A DNA stretch of 41,662 nt from Craspedostauros australis (GCA_030167865.1 JALAGF010005827.1:1-41662); one strand, 5' to 3'. Positions 10,152-22,574 are shown, numbered from the stretch's first letter. Numbers and translations are program-made. Notes: generated from the letters alone by a model not told the origin.

Positions 10152-12308
10152 CTATATCAGTTCATGGTGAGTGGAGGGAATGCTCGGTGCCTGATACCTG
10201 CTCGTGTGTCGTCTGGCGTATTCATCCGATGGGGTATCTTCATTGTCGGCGCCCATGTCACCGAGCTCGATCACAACGGTGTTCTGCGCATGCGGTGATC
10301 TTGCGTTGTTGTGGATGCGATCCGTCTCATCCATGCCAGTTTGGTCCACGAACTCTTCGTATTGCGCGGCGGCCTGCTCCTCCAGTTCCTGACGCTTTCG
10401 TCTCTTCTTTTCCTTTGACTTTCTGGAAAGGTGCTTCTCCAGCGCTGTTCTGTCGGGTCTTCGCACGACGCGCTTGTAGATGTAATTGTATTCTGCGCTC
10501 ATTGAAAAAGGACGTGTGAGAAGAGCAACAACATGTCAGCATCTCCGTTCATGTTCATTGGCACATACAAAACAACACATCGCAACACAACAACAAAACG
10601 TACCGATCTTGTGGAACATGCCGCGGAGCTTACGCCGCCGATGCCATTCCTTCATGTACGATTCTTCATCCACATTGACCTGTATTTTGAGAATGTTGAG
10701 AAGCGGACCGACGAAGCCACCCATGATGATGATCGTGACGAGTACGATGGCCATGGTGGCGGCAATGATTTCGTCGTTGTGACCGTGGACGTCGGGGAAC
10801 TGACGGGCGCAGGCGTACGCGACGGCACCACGCAGTCCTGCAAACCAGAGCATGTGCATGAAGTTAGCAGGAATGTACTTATCCTGTCGTCGGGTGGGCG
10901 TCACCCACGACGATTTGCTGGTCCATGACGTCCAGGAATCCCACGAATCCTTGGAACCGACGCTGCCGTCATCCTTGTCTCGCACAGTACCGTTCTTCGC
11001 CGTGACGTCCTCCGCCACGGTGGATTCGGTCATGGTGAGATTTCTGGCGCATCCGCTGAAACCCGAGGAGTTGAACGCCTCCTGCGCCGCCCGCTGATTC
11101 GCCGCTTCCAGCTCATGAGCAAGGGGCTTTCGCAAGGAGAAGTTGTAGAGGATGGAGATTGGGTAGACCGACATGGCACGGCCCACGAGGGCGCAAAGGA
11201 ATGCCCAGCAGATGAATCGCCAATGGAAGGATCCGGAGAATCCAAAGATGGAAAGCCCGAGATTGAGAAAGATGCAGGTCTCCGATAGGTACGCCGTTAG
11301 CTTGAATATTTTGTTGGCGGTTTCTCTGTTCTGGGGGGATATGTTGGGCGCGATGTAGCGTCTGGCGCTGAGACCCGAAAAGAAGATGGTGACGATGCCG
11401 CTCAATTCCAGGTTCTCCGCCAGGATGAAGGGGTAGTACATCATGAGGATGTAGAGGCTGAGCTCGAGCATGACCAATCCCTGGAAGTTGCTGTGCTTGA
11501 AGAGGATGGCCGTACCGAAGGAACAGACGATACCTAGCAGCGGACTGCAGACGGCCTGGATGAGAATGTCGGCCACGAGCTCGAAGAGGACATCGATGAG
11601 GGATTCGCGATCGTGGATGGTGTTTCGCTCCAGCGTCGTGGAGAATGTTTTGAAGAGGACGATGGAGACGGCATCGTTGAGGGCAGACTCGCCGAAGACC
11701 AAGTTGAAGAGATGCGGATCCACGTGCTTCTGCTGGAAGATGCCGAGGACGCTGACAGTGTCAGTGGCAGCGATGAGCGACCCAAAGGTAATGAGCTCTA
11801 GGAGAGATGGGTCGAAGCCGAATATTGTCTCTGGTTCAGCAATTTGCTTGAGACCGTAGAGCGCCAACGCCGTCGTCATCGAGGACAGCACGGTGCCGAT
11901 GCAAGCGAAAGACACGATGGGAGCGATGTGTCTGTAGAATAGCTCGCGACGCAGCTGGTACCCGCTGTTGAAGAGGATGGGCGGAAGCAGGGCCAGGAAG
12001 AATATGTTGGTGTTGAAGGAGAGCAGCGGGTTGGTCAAGGTCAAATCCACCGTGTCGTCGTCAGCTTCGTACGCCTCGTTGTTTTGAAATCCGTTATTGA
12101 TGGAGACTTCGATGACGAAACTGCAGAACATGCCGATGAGCAGCACGAGCGCCGCCTCGGACAGCACCGTGTTGATTTGATGCTGATGATGCAGCCATTT
12201 CGCCAGCACCAGGACCAGCGCCAACAGGGATGCGAAGATGAGGAAGTAGAAAGCAATCCTGTCTGTGATTGCGTCATCGGTCTCGTTGAGATGTCTGACG
12301 ATGTCCAT
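10152..12308 (-). CDS. Na+/H+ exchanger (CPA1, NHE/NHX family); exons 12308-10604 and 10492-10152
   Basis: Motifs FFLALLPPILFNSGY, FGSLIAATDTVSVL, LVFGESALNDAVSIVL, LSGIVTIFF and WFAGLRGAVAYA, with many TM helices. Intron 10603-10493 (GTACGT...GCAG, 111 nt) joins HKI-E-YNYIYKRVV in frame with ORF 10152..10502. Confidence 0.93.
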
Positions 12309-12797
12309 GATGATGATGATGGTGACGATGATGTGGAGTGTTGTATTCTGCCGTGTGTTGATCCTGATGTGGTTGTCCTTGCAGTATGCTGCTGCTACAG
12401 TGAAGTTGAGTGCTTTTCAATGCTTCCAATGCTTCCAATGAATGCTCCAGCCGATGCAGCTGTTGAAGTGGTGGTGTGGGATACTGCGATGTTTGGGTTC
12501 ACATTCACAATCAACTTCGTATCCACGGTCACGGTCACGCTCACGCCCGTTGTTGATCCTTTCGACAGTACTCTCCAGAGTATCACCCTTGTCTTTGAAT
12601 GAATGAACGTTCGTCGTCGTCTCTTTCGTTGGAACAGATGAGGTGGAATGGGGTTGGCAGAGTTCAGCACTCCTGTGGTATCGCACTTGAATGGTATGGT
12701 ACAGAGTGGTATGGTGCGAATACTCCAGACTGCGCAGTGGTATCCTTGATGGCTGCGATGTGAATCGTTCTGCACTGTCGCGACTTCCGCCCAACCT

Positions 12798-12840
12798 GTC
12801 TACTCTACTCTACTCTACTCTATTCCACTCTACTCTACTC
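12798..12840. repeat. (CTACT)n pentanucleotide microsatellite
   Basis: ctactctactctactctactctattccactctactctactc. Confidence 0.8.
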
Positions 12841-13877
12841 AACCTTTCCCTGTTGTACGAGGACTGCCAATCCGATGATGCTTGATGAATGATGGAGACC
12901 CACGGAAAGGAAAGGCAGGAAGTTTCCAATGCCACTTGCTTCTATCCTCCTCCTCCTGTTGCGGGCGGTGATGGCGTTGGTGGAAATGGTGATGCCAACG
13001 GCAACCAGAACGCAGCGCAAGAGAAAGAAAGGAAGCCTCCACTCAAGTCCACTCAAAGCGCAGTTCGGCAAACGCAAAATCAAGAGACCGCACTGGCCAG
13101 AACAGAAAACAGGATTCGTCTGTTGACACCAACGCTTTCGTGCATAACAGCGAACACCGCGCAACCACTATTCTGCCCAAAGACAAACACACAACTCTGG
13201 AGAAGAGCCACGACACAAGCAGCACGCTTCTCCAAAACTCAACGCAAGAAATGCACTTCTCCCCTCCTTGTTGTGAGGCTCGTTCGGCGTGCACGAGCAT
13301 TGGTGGAGTTCAAAACGACCGTTGCCGGCCGCACTGGCGTGTCGCATGCGCGTGCCAGGCGTTGTGTCCATTCACGGGTTGTGCCTCATTCGTGAATGCA
13401 AACTGTCTCTAGGTTGGCCATAGTAGAACGTTGCGAACAAGATGCACGCGAGAATCCGCGGACAAGCACAGATCATGGAAGTGCGACAACAGGAAGTAAG
13501 GCAGCAGCGCTCCAGTTGCGAATGTTTGTGAAGAGATGGGGCTTGCCGTTGGAGATGCCGATTGCAGCAGCTCTTACACGCATCCCTGTTGGTTGCGAAA
13601 GGTGCTTTATATACTAGAGTACATGGAGGTAGAGAGCAGCGTGGTTAGGGGCAGTTCATCCACCTTCATTTTTGGGCTTGATTCGGCTTGGTCTGATCCG
13701 ACTTTTGCGTTGTGTGAAGAGTGGGAGCCACGTTGTGTCAAGATGTTGCGCCGAGAGGGGGTGCACGAGATGTCAGAATGTCGTTGTGTCAAGAAGACTG
13801 ATGCCAAACAAGATCCGAGAAAGGACGATCTCGATCGAAAATTGAACGCGCTGCGATTGGGCAGATGTCTTGTATCA

Positions 13878-14530
13878 TGACGTCAGCTAGGGTGAAGGAA
13901 ATGACGTCATGATGGAACAATCTCATTGGACGTGAAATGACAGAGAAGGATGATGATGGCGGAATCTAAGTGTTGCAGACTTGCTTGCTTGCTCACGTCA
14001 TGGGATGACCCTGACGATGGCGGGAGAGTGACGGCAGTTCCGTCATGCGATTCCTTGTTGGTCTGTTGTTCTGGTTTCTCGTTCGTGTGTTCCTCTCTCT
14101 GCGTTGTGTTGTGTGTACACGTGTGCACGTGTGGTATGAGTACTACCCATGCGGATGTGTCAATGTGTCAACGTGTGCGATTGCGTGTGATGTGCTGAGT
14201 GTTCAGGCAGCAACGAGGCTGATCCATTCCGACTTGTGGACGATACTGCGAGTACGATCCATTGTCAAGCAACGTTGTGTGCGTGTGTGATTGTTCTCTT
14301 CTCTTGGTGTGTGGAAGCGCCATCATCCGATACCCAACAAGCAAAGCAGAGCAGCAGAGAGTCGATCGACGTCAGGTTGGACATCAGTGTCTGCCTCTAT
14401 TCACTATTCAATCAATTATATTCTACAGATTCCGCCGCGTGTGAGTACTCGTACATTGATGTGCTGATGTGCTGATGTATTAATCTGTGGATGCCAAATG
14501 TGGAGTTCATTTGGTGCGACTCACGTGAGT
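13878..14530. promoter_or_regulatory. Cluster of ACGT-core (bZIP/bHLH-type) motifs in the divergent NHE / glutaredoxin intergenic region
   Basis: TGACGTCA 13878-13885, ATGACGTCAT 13901-13910, ACGTCA 13995-14000, CACGTG 14118-14123 and 14126-14131, palindrome ACTCACGTGAGT 14519-14530. Function is inferred only. Confidence 0.3.
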
Positions 14531-14947
14531 GCCGCAACTGATGAGGCTGATGAGGCTGATGTGGCAGAAGTTGCTGGTGCAGATTCATGGCAGCAACAAC
14601 AACACTGGGCAACACTGGGCAACACAAATGAGAAAAAAATATATCGAATGAGAGTACGTATGACGAGTGCTCCATCAACCTCTCTCCCTCTTTCTCTGAC
14701 AGACCCTTCAACACTCTCTTTGTCTCATAAAATTTGAAAAACTGTCATCACTTCATCCACATCATTACGTCACATTGTTGACCACATTGTTGATCACATC
14801 ACACATCAACCACCGATCGATCACGCAGGGTCATTTCTTCCGTCATCACCTCATTCAACGCACTTCAAGGCACTTCATCCATCTATCCATCCATCTTTCG
14901 ATTCAACTATTGATTCAACCATTCATCTACCACATCATCCAACAACA

Positions 14948-15898
14948 ATGGTCACGAGAACTGGAACAAGCATCAACCGCAGAAGCTGCGTCTCCTCCCC
15001 TCCATGCAGCAGCAGCAGCAGCAGCCTATCATCGTCAGTCGTCCTGGCTCTGTTGCTCCTGCAACTCACGGCACAATGCAGTGACGCCTTCCAATTGAAG
15101 ACTGTGGCTCTGCAGCCAGCCATCAGTGCTCCTGCATCCCCATGGTCATCACCATCTCGTTCATCTTCATTCCCATCTTCATCTCCAACTCTTTCATCAC
15201 TACGAGCATCCTCCCACGACGCTCCTTCCCAATCCATCAACCATCCCATTAACCACCCCATCAACAACAATATCAACAACAAATCACAACGCCGGAACGA
15301 CTCGCGCCTCCACGCCGAACCCCGCGGCCGTCCCATGCGCCTCTCCGTCATCGACGCCGAGGTCGTCGACGAATACCAGCTGCAACAGCAACTGCAGCAG
15401 CAACAGAAACGACGAAAATCGATGACGGGCGGCTTCCTCACCAAGTTCAGCAACAGCCTGCGACACCGATGGCATCTCCTGGAGGAGGCCAAACGCGAAG
15501 GATACGACGCCAACCTCATCAAGACCTGCCTGGCCGCCGGCGAGTACGACCGTCCCACCGTGCAGGGCAAGGTCATCGATCACATCACGAGCGCTCCATG
15601 CGTCATGTTCACGTTCCCTAAGTCGCCGTCCTGCCGCGCCGCGCTCGAAGCCTTCGAGACGATGGGCGTGCAGGTCAAGGTCGTGCCGTTCGAGGAGGAT
15701 GGCGATCCCATGCGGGCGGAGATCGGCAAGCGCGTCAAGCGATCCTCCGTGCCCATGATCTTCATCAAGGGCAATTACGTCGGCGGTTATGATGGCGGGC
15801 CCAGCGACGAGGCGCCCGGTCTTTTGACGCTGGCCTTTCAAGGGGCGTTGTGGCCCATGCTGGAGCGGGCCGGGGCCAATCGTTTACCCAGGGAATGA
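14948..15898 (+). CDS. Glutaredoxin-like protein, predicted plastid-targeted, atypical SPSC active site
   Basis: Hydrophobic signal VVLALLLLQLTAQCSDA|FQLK (Phe at +1, ASAFAP-like) followed by a Ser/Pro-rich transit peptide. Grx fold motifs CVMFTFPKSPSCRAA, RSSVPMIFIKGNYVGG. Confidence 0.85.
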   Translation: MVTRTGTSINRRSCVSSPPCSSSSSSLSSSVVLALLLLQLTAQCSDAFQLKTVALQPAISAPASPWSSPSRSSSFPSSSPTLSSLRASSHDAPSQSINHPINHPINNNINNKSQRRNDSRLHAEPRGRPMRLSVIDAEVVDEYQLQQQLQQQQKRRKSMTGGFLTKFSNSLRHRWHLLEEAKREGYDANLIKTCLAAGEYDRPTVQGKVIDHITSAPCVMFTFPKSPSCRAALEAFETMGVQVKVVPFEEDGDPMRAEIGKRVKRSSVPMIFIKGNYVGGYDGGPSDEAPGLLTLAFQGALWPMLERAGANRLPRE

Positions 15899-16292
15899 AT
15901 CCCCATCGGGTAGTACCATACGATCAGGTTTCCATCATGCAGAGTCTTCCATACGATACTCGCCAGAGACTGCTCTCCAGAGAGTACTACGAGTAGAACA
16001 TGCGACAGACAGCACAGAGCAACGCAACACAGAGCAACATAGCGCAACAAGCACCAACGCCAGCAACAGTAGAGATAGCACGCAATCGTGCAGCAGCCAA
16101 CATGCTAAAATACGGCACTATCCGTACGGGTACGAGTATACGTACATAGTAGACGCAGTTATTAATTTTGAACTCCTTCGGCCACAGAACTCTCCTGCAA
16201 TTGCGCCCTTGCAGGCACCAGATGCTTCGTGTTTGTGTCATGTGCTTTCCCATTCTCACTCTGCGCTTACGAGGTACATGTGAATAGCACGA

Positions 16293-17840
16293 TCAGCCGC
16301 TTTTCCGCAAGACCCGCGACACCACAACTGCGCATAGTACGGACACCGCCACAGCCACAACACCCTGCAGTTTAGGAATCAAATGACCATCCCACACTTG
16401 CGGCAGACTTCGCCACACATCCATCTCATCATCATCATCATTCTGTCCGCCTCGATTCAACGGCAACTCCAACCGCATCGCGGACTGTCCCACCCGCGTC
16501 TTGATTTCCAACACGATCCGTTGCATCGCCCAATCCACGGACAGCACGCCGTAGTTGCGACCAATGTAGAACGAATCCTGCGTTTGCGACGACAGCCGCC
16601 GATGCTGATCGAATGCCCGCAACAATGGCCGGCACAAGCTTCCGTACAGTTTGAGCTGCGAACAATCGTGCGTCATGCCGCTGCTCGTCACTTCGACCAT
16701 ACCAGCGGAACCCAGGAACTCGGCGTGATGCACGTCGCCGCTCAGCAGCACGACGGTGGGGGTGTTGGGTTTGCGTTGCGTCTTGTCAATCAGCTCCACG
16801 AGACGCTTCTGTTCCATGGGGAAGTGCCCCCACGACTCCATCACGGGGTTCGTCGTCAGCACCTGGATGGAGCTCACGATCACAATCACCTTGGCGCGCG
16901 TGTCGTCGAGCTGGTCTTGCAACCATTCCCATTGCTGCGTGCCCAAGATGCTGGCCTCCGAGCAATTCGGTTTGTCGCGTCGCGGCACATACCGATGCAG
17001 ATGCAATCCAGCCACGGCCCATCGCGCCACGCAGGCGAAGCCATTGCCCAGCGGCATGCGATGCGCCACGCTCGGGATGCAGTGCTCATCGCGGAACCAT
17101 CGTGTGTCCAGCAGAATGGCTTTGACGGTGGTCCCGTCATCGTTGCTGCCGCCCCATTCGACGCTGTGGTAGACTCCGTCGCGTGTCTCCTGCGCTGCGC
17201 TGTGCCGCAACTTGGTCGGCGCCGGCAACCGCAGCATGTCCTCCCAATACAGACGTTTGCGTTCTGCCTTCTGCGGCATCTCCTTGCCCATGTCGTTGCC
17301 GCCAAAGTCATGATCGTCCCACACGCCGTAAATGCCGTGCGGCGGATGGAACTGGTTGTATCCCACGGTGTCATTCGTGTGCAGCTCGCGGAACTGTTGT
17401 CGCAAGACGGAAGGATCCGTCGGTCCGTATCGCTCGGCCCAAGACAATGTGCGCGTTTGCGTCGCATTGACGATCACCGTCTTGTTGCGTTTGGGCGGAT
17501 ACACCGCGTCGCCCGTCCACAGCCAGGCATCCACGTTCTCTCGGCGGATGGCATCCCAGATGGGCGGAACCTCGGACCTGGCATTCTTGTGGCAGGATCC
17601 GAATGCCAGCTTGGTCAGTTGCACGTCCGGATGCACAAAGTCCGCTGAACTTTGGCTGTCTCCGGTGCTTTGAGATTGTTCTGTGTCTTGGGCGGAATCC
17701 ACGATGTTGGATTGCATCGCGTCATCCGACTGCGCAGCACATCCGTTCTGCACTGAAAGTCCAGTCCAAAGCAAAAGCCATGTGCAGAACATTAACGCAT
17801 TGCTGACTGGCGCGAATCCATGCAAGCGGTGGGTCCTCAT
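16293..17840 (-). CDS. PhoD-like (alkaline phosphatase D family) metallophosphoesterase with N-terminal signal and C-terminal membrane anchor
   Basis: Motifs LAFGSC, WTGDAVY, WDDHDFGGND, LLDTRWFR, LGTQQWEWL, ESWGHFP, LSGDVHHAE, EVTSSGMTH. Likely start MRTHRL (17840) before hydrophobic ALMFCTWLLLWTGLSV; the ORF extends to 18005. C-terminal hydrophobic VVAVAVSVLCAVVV. Confidence 0.9.
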   Translation of the reverse strand: MRTHRLHGFAPVSNALMFCTWLLLWTGLSVQNGCAAQSDDAMQSNIVDSAQDTEQSQSTGDSQSSADFVHPDVQLTKLAFGSCHKNARSEVPPIWDAIRRENVDAWLWTGDAVYPPKRNKTVIVNATQTRTLSWAERYGPTDPSVLRQQFRELHTNDTVGYNQFHPPHGIYGVWDDHDFGGNDMGKEMPQKAERKRLYWEDMLRLPAPTKLRHSAAQETRDGVYHSVEWGGSNDDGTTVKAILLDTRWFRDEHCIPSVAHRMPLGNGFACVARWAVAGLHLHRYVPRRDKPNCSEASILGTQQWEWLQDQLDDTRAKVIVIVSSIQVLTTNPVMESWGHFPMEQKRLVELIDKTQRKPNTPTVVLLSGDVHHAEFLGSAGMVEVTSSGMTHDCSQLKLYGSLCRPLLRAFDQHRRLSSQTQDSFYIGRNYGVLSVDWAMQRIVLEIKTRVGQSAMRLELPLNRGGQNDDDDEMDVWRSLPQVWDGHLIPKLQGVVAVAVSVLCAVVVSRVLRKSG

Positions 17841-20800
17841 TGTTGATGTTGATGGTGATGTTGCTGTCGAGACGACCACCCGTATGTATGAACGAGTGCT
17901 GATCTCCCCCTCATCTATCATCATCAACGTCGGCACCGCCATCAGCATCAGCATCATCGGCATCCACACCACCACATCACCAACCGTTTCTGATGCTGGC
18001 GTCATGAGGTGGGAAACATCGTGATGTGTCGTCAGCAGGAGTCAGTTTCTGCAATTAGTCGGAGATGAGTCCTGTTTCCGGTCATTTTCATTTCATTCAC
18101 GAGGAAACGATGACATCACAATCATTCCCGGATTGACAGATACCTTTCTCATTCCCGTTCCTGTTTCTCACATCACAACCAAAGCACGTCTGGGTCCTTC
18201 TGGTCTTGGTTGGGTTTGCGAATGCTGTCTCAGCCGCCCTCATCGGATGGATGGATGGATGAATCTTCGCCCCTTCGCGTGACGATGCCGTGGGGGAGGG
18301 CGGCTTCCAAGACAGGTAGAGCAAGGATGCGAGATAGAAGCCCCTCTCGGCGCAATCCAAAGCATCCGAGTCCAACACGATGCTTCAGAATTATGGCGCA
18401 AGAGGTTGGAGTGGAATGCCACAAGGAATTGCGCGAAAGGAGAGGAATGAAGAGAGGAAAAGCTCCGCTGTCGAAGTCCAAAGCGTGATTGCGAAGGTGG
18501 AATTGGAAATAGAATAGAATAGAAACAAGCCCATCGTCTTTCGCGCTGCCTGCCAATGCGTACGTTCCGCTGCGCCGACCAAGTGTGGCAACACAGATGC
18601 AGTGGTGGGCAGAAAGCAACAACCGCCCTTGCGTTCCGAATCCATCGCCGATGTAGCAACACAGATGTGCTGCCAAGAGAAAGAGAAAACACTGTCTCAA
18701 CTTATCCAGCAATCAGGTGACCAAGGACGAGCGACCATGATGGCAGACACCAGTTCGACAATCTGAAAACTGTTCCATCCGCTCTACTACACAACCTTCA
18801 CTCTCTCTCTCTCCCATGTGTTTGTCTCTCGAGTCAAGAGATGGGAAAAGACGCTGTCAACCAAGAACGAAACAAACAACAGGATTCTGTTCCCATGGGA
18901 CTTGTTCGTCCAAGAGAGAGAGAGAGAGAGGGTGGGAACATCCTGCTTCACTGGTCGTAGACTTGAGCTGCTTTCTCATGGTGCGTCTCTGTGTCTCCGT
19001 TGGTATCACCATCGCCATCATCGTCGCTTCGGAAAGCAGAACACTCTCCCTGTCTGTCTCTCTACTTTACGATCACGATAGGTTGATGTCGCGCGGTTGC
19101 CACCATCACGGAGCCTGATCGTTGTTGACCTTTCTGCGTGTCCATGGGAGATAAGTTCGTTGGTGCTTGGTGCTTGTTGATACGATGCTGAAGTTGGCGC
19201 CACGCACAAGAGGATACCTGGACGATAGCCTGTGGCGCAATGAGATTTCGTCTCCCGTCCACCAGACACGACCTTCGGAAGCGCCAACATGGAAGGGTTC
19301 GCGCCATTTTCTCGCCGTCACGAGAAACCGAGAGGCAGAGCGGCGTGTTCGATACAAAACCCTTCGTATCACTTGTGGTTGCTACCAACACAGTATCGCC
19401 GACAATGGGGAGAACAGGATGATGCGAAGCGCATGCTTTGGGTCTGAATCAGCAACAAATCCAGGCCAGAGAACATATAAAGTATCACTGAGAGTCGAGA
19501 CCCGCACAATGGACAGGTTCGTCTCTCTATCATGCCATCGTGTCAGTCCAAGACGTCCGCTTTGAGTTTGCTTCAAGGGGGAACGGGTTGCGTTTCTACT
19601 TCTCTGGTGGAACATGTCAAACCTGTGCTCTTGTTGTCACTGTTGACGTCTTGTGCCATCCATGCTCTTCACCCTTGTTGTTGTGTGGGTGTTGTTTTGG
19701 ATGGGCAAATTCGAGTAGAGTAAGTGTAGCAGATGGACACTCCCACCAATTACAAGTTGTCCTCCGCCCTCTGCGCGCGCAGCTCTCTTCTTGTCTTTCT
19801 CATGAGCGAGCGGCTGGAGAGAGCAAGCAACAATGTTTGGGTCCATCACCCAGTACACGTCACGCATACACAAAAAAGTCAGCCGAGCCGCTCCGTATCA
19901 TTTCATGACGCATGGATGCGGTTGGCTTTTTTCGTCTACACTCTCGGTCGCACCGTGATTTGGGCTTCAACTACCTCGTTGATCTTGGACGTGCCAACGA
20001 GGCGTCGATGTCGTTGGGGGCTGATGCTTTGTTCTGCCTCGAATGTCAGGACCCGAATGCAGAGCGGCTTTTGATGTGTTGGGGTCGCAACAGCAAGAGT
20101 GAGTTGCCTCCGATCAAGGGTATTTGTGAAGCCCCGTTTGTGTGGAGCGCGATCGATGGTAAAGCACAGCGCAGAGCAAAACAATGACAACGTCCATGGA
20201 CGAGGTTGTGGATGTCGTTCTGGACCAGCGATACAAACGACACAGGAAATGAGAAGAGTTGCTGTTTTCAGTCCCCGAGAGAAACTGATGGATACAACTT
20301 TCGTCAGAGGCAGGATTGGAACTTAGTGTGCGTGTGCTTGTGTGCTTGTGGGAAGTGTGCAAAGGCCTTTGGTTGTGTTATATCCAATGATGGAAACATC
20401 AATGTACCCCCATACCTATCGCTTGTTGCCTTCTTGTGGTTTTGACAACTGCAAGAGCGTGCAGTCGCCCAAGATCGACTCCGCATCCTTGCGCATCGCG
20501 CTATGAAAATATATATGCACATCGCTCAGAAACAGGAACGGCAGGGTATGCACCTGCAACCGATGAGTACCTCCGAGCTGCGGCGCGGCACCTCCATCAC
20601 GCCTGCTGGAGTTGCGCAGGGTAGCGTCCGCGAAGAAGAGAGAAGAACACACGATTTGCCAGAAACTCAGGATCGGCATCGCATCTTCCCGCTGGTGGGA
20701 AGGTAAGGTGCGTGGATGCGGTGCCTTACGGGAAGCCGCGTCGGTACTCCTACCCATACTCGTGCATGTGTGAAGGAGAAGTGGGATCACCTCTTCTTCT

Positions 20801-21019
20801 CTGTTCCTCCTTCATTTGTCGGGTCAGCAGGAGGTGGTGGATTGCAGCAGTGGCACCGTCTGAGATTCGAGCCTTTGGTGGCAAACGTGCAGCTTCCACT
20901 CACAAAATCACATTCTCACAAGCAAACATCTGCATCCACATCAGCTCATACTTGCGCGCACTCCGCTAAACGTCGACCCCCTCTATCTCCAGCTCAATCT
21001 CGGTTACTGCCCAACTACT

Positions 21020-22195
21020 ATGATGGCGTTGACCACAACTGTTACACCGTTGATCCACAGCGACCGCGCCATGCAGAAGAGACACAGACCTCCAATGGCA
21101 CCAAAGCCGTTCATCTCGGGCTCTTCTCCTCGCCATGCCCCATCAGCTTTGACACCATCGTCAGGGTTCCGTACCCCATCACCGGCCACTCTGAAGACAA
21201 AGTCAGCATGCAGAGCATCCAGAACAACAACGCCGCCAACAACGCCGCCAACAAGGACACCAACGATGACAACATCAAGCGCAGGTGGGGCAGAGTCGCA
21301 GTCAGCACTCTCCTCCTTCCTGAGAACACTTGTCAACGACCGCACAGTCACGGTGCTCGAAGACAACCACAGGACGCCAGTCCCAACACCAGAGCATTCG
21401 CCCAAGACGACGCAGCTCAAGGTGACGCAAGACCAGCAGCTGAAGCAGCTGCAGCACATGTTTCTCACGCCACCACGAAGAGTCAACAGCAAGCTCGCCT
21501 GCATCTCCGGACCGTCCGGCAGCGTCCGCAGTCAGAGACACCGAAGCCCCTCCCCACCCACCCGCCTGCCCCTCTTCAACCGCTCTCCATCGCCAACGAC
21601 GTCGCCATCCTCGGTGTCGCTGATGGATGCACCAGAAGTGCTGGCAGCAACAACGAAGACCAACATGACAGCCAATACCAAGGAGGTGACGCAGTCCACA
21701 TCAGCGGTGCTGTTGTCGTTGCCATTGGCTAGCTCATCGTCGTGCTCGAACAAGACCAAGAGATCCACGCGATACTCCAGATCCACGCGGTCGAGAACGC
21801 CATCTCCAGCCCCATCTGCGGCTCTGCACCGCGATTCCCGATGGGATCCTGATTCGTCTCTGAACTGGAGCACCTCTAGCTTGGACACGAGCTGCCTCGA
21901 CAACCTCAGGATGGAGTACAGCAAGCCAAAGTCCCGAAGTAGTTTCGATGACTGCATGTCCTTCGAGACCTTCCAACGACGCCACATCCCCCTCCCACCA
22001 ACAAGGCAGTTCAACCCAGACTCACCATCCATGATGCTTGGGACTAGGAAGCAGCATTCCGACGACCTCTGTGTTTCATCAGAGACGCCACAGCAGGCAA
22101 GGGAGAGCCCACGTATGACGCGCAGCGGCACCGGCGGCAGGAACCAGCCCGGTATCCCGCTTGCTCCCCGACAACACGGACGCAAGCACGTGTGA
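21020..22195 (+). CDS. Hypothetical Ser/Thr/Pro-rich disordered protein with short conserved-looking motifs
   Basis: 391 aa ATG-started ORF; motifs LSSFLRTLV..VTVLEDNHR, DSRWD, PLPPTRQ, PLAPRQ. Similar motif order in the 39646-40638 protein. Confidence 0.65.
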   Translation: MMALTTTVTPLIHSDRAMQKRHRPPMAPKPFISGSSPRHAPSALTPSSGFRTPSPATLKTKSACRASRTTTPPTTPPTRTPTMTTSSAGGAESQSALSSFLRTLVNDRTVTVLEDNHRTPVPTPEHSPKTTQLKVTQDQQLKQLQHMFLTPPRRVNSKLACISGPSGSVRSQRHRSPSPPTRLPLFNRSPSPTTSPSSVSLMDAPEVLAATTKTNMTANTKEVTQSTSAVLLSLPLASSSSCSNKTKRSTRYSRSTRSRTPSPAPSAALHRDSRWDPDSSLNWSTSSLDTSCLDNLRMEYSKPKSRSSFDDCMSFETFQRRHIPLPPTRQFNPDSPSMMLGTRKQHSDDLCVSSETPQQARESPRMTRSGTGGRNQPGIPLAPRQHGRKHV

Positions 22196-22574
22196 GCTGC
22201 CTGCTTTCACTGCCGACTTGGCATTCGGTCGTTGGCATCGATGCTCGCAAAAGGATACGACCTATATGTGCAAACAACTGAACAACCAAGCACACAAACC
22301 AACGAAGAAGCGACGGGCTTGTCGTGAAGCCCCGCAAACGCACGCACTCTCTGGAGGCAGAACATTGCCAAGAAGAGGTGAAGGGAAAGTCACACAATGA
22401 ACAAAGATCAGCGCAAGGTATCCAGCCAACCAATTTAAAAAGGGTTACCGCGGGCGCACGATACACGCAATACACGCACACGCACGCGCACACAGTTTTG
22501 AACCAATAACACAATACGAATAGAATGAAGCAATTAGAGAAATGCAAACGCATACATCGACTTTAGCCAGCGAC

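Noticed and set aside
10536..10603. C-terminus GTFCCCVAMCCFVCANEHERRC of the 590-aa ORF
   Set aside because: Translation of intron sequence; splicing at 10603/10493 gives the real C-terminal exon.
18100..20970. Many short ORFs in the 3-kb region between PhoD and the 21020 gene
   Set aside because: No codon bias or motifs, and interspersed microsatellites; treated as divergent intergenic DNA.
20716..21732. 338-aa overlapping plus-strand ORF
   Set aside because: Alternative frame of the low-complexity 21020-22195 gene, non-ATG start, no motifs.
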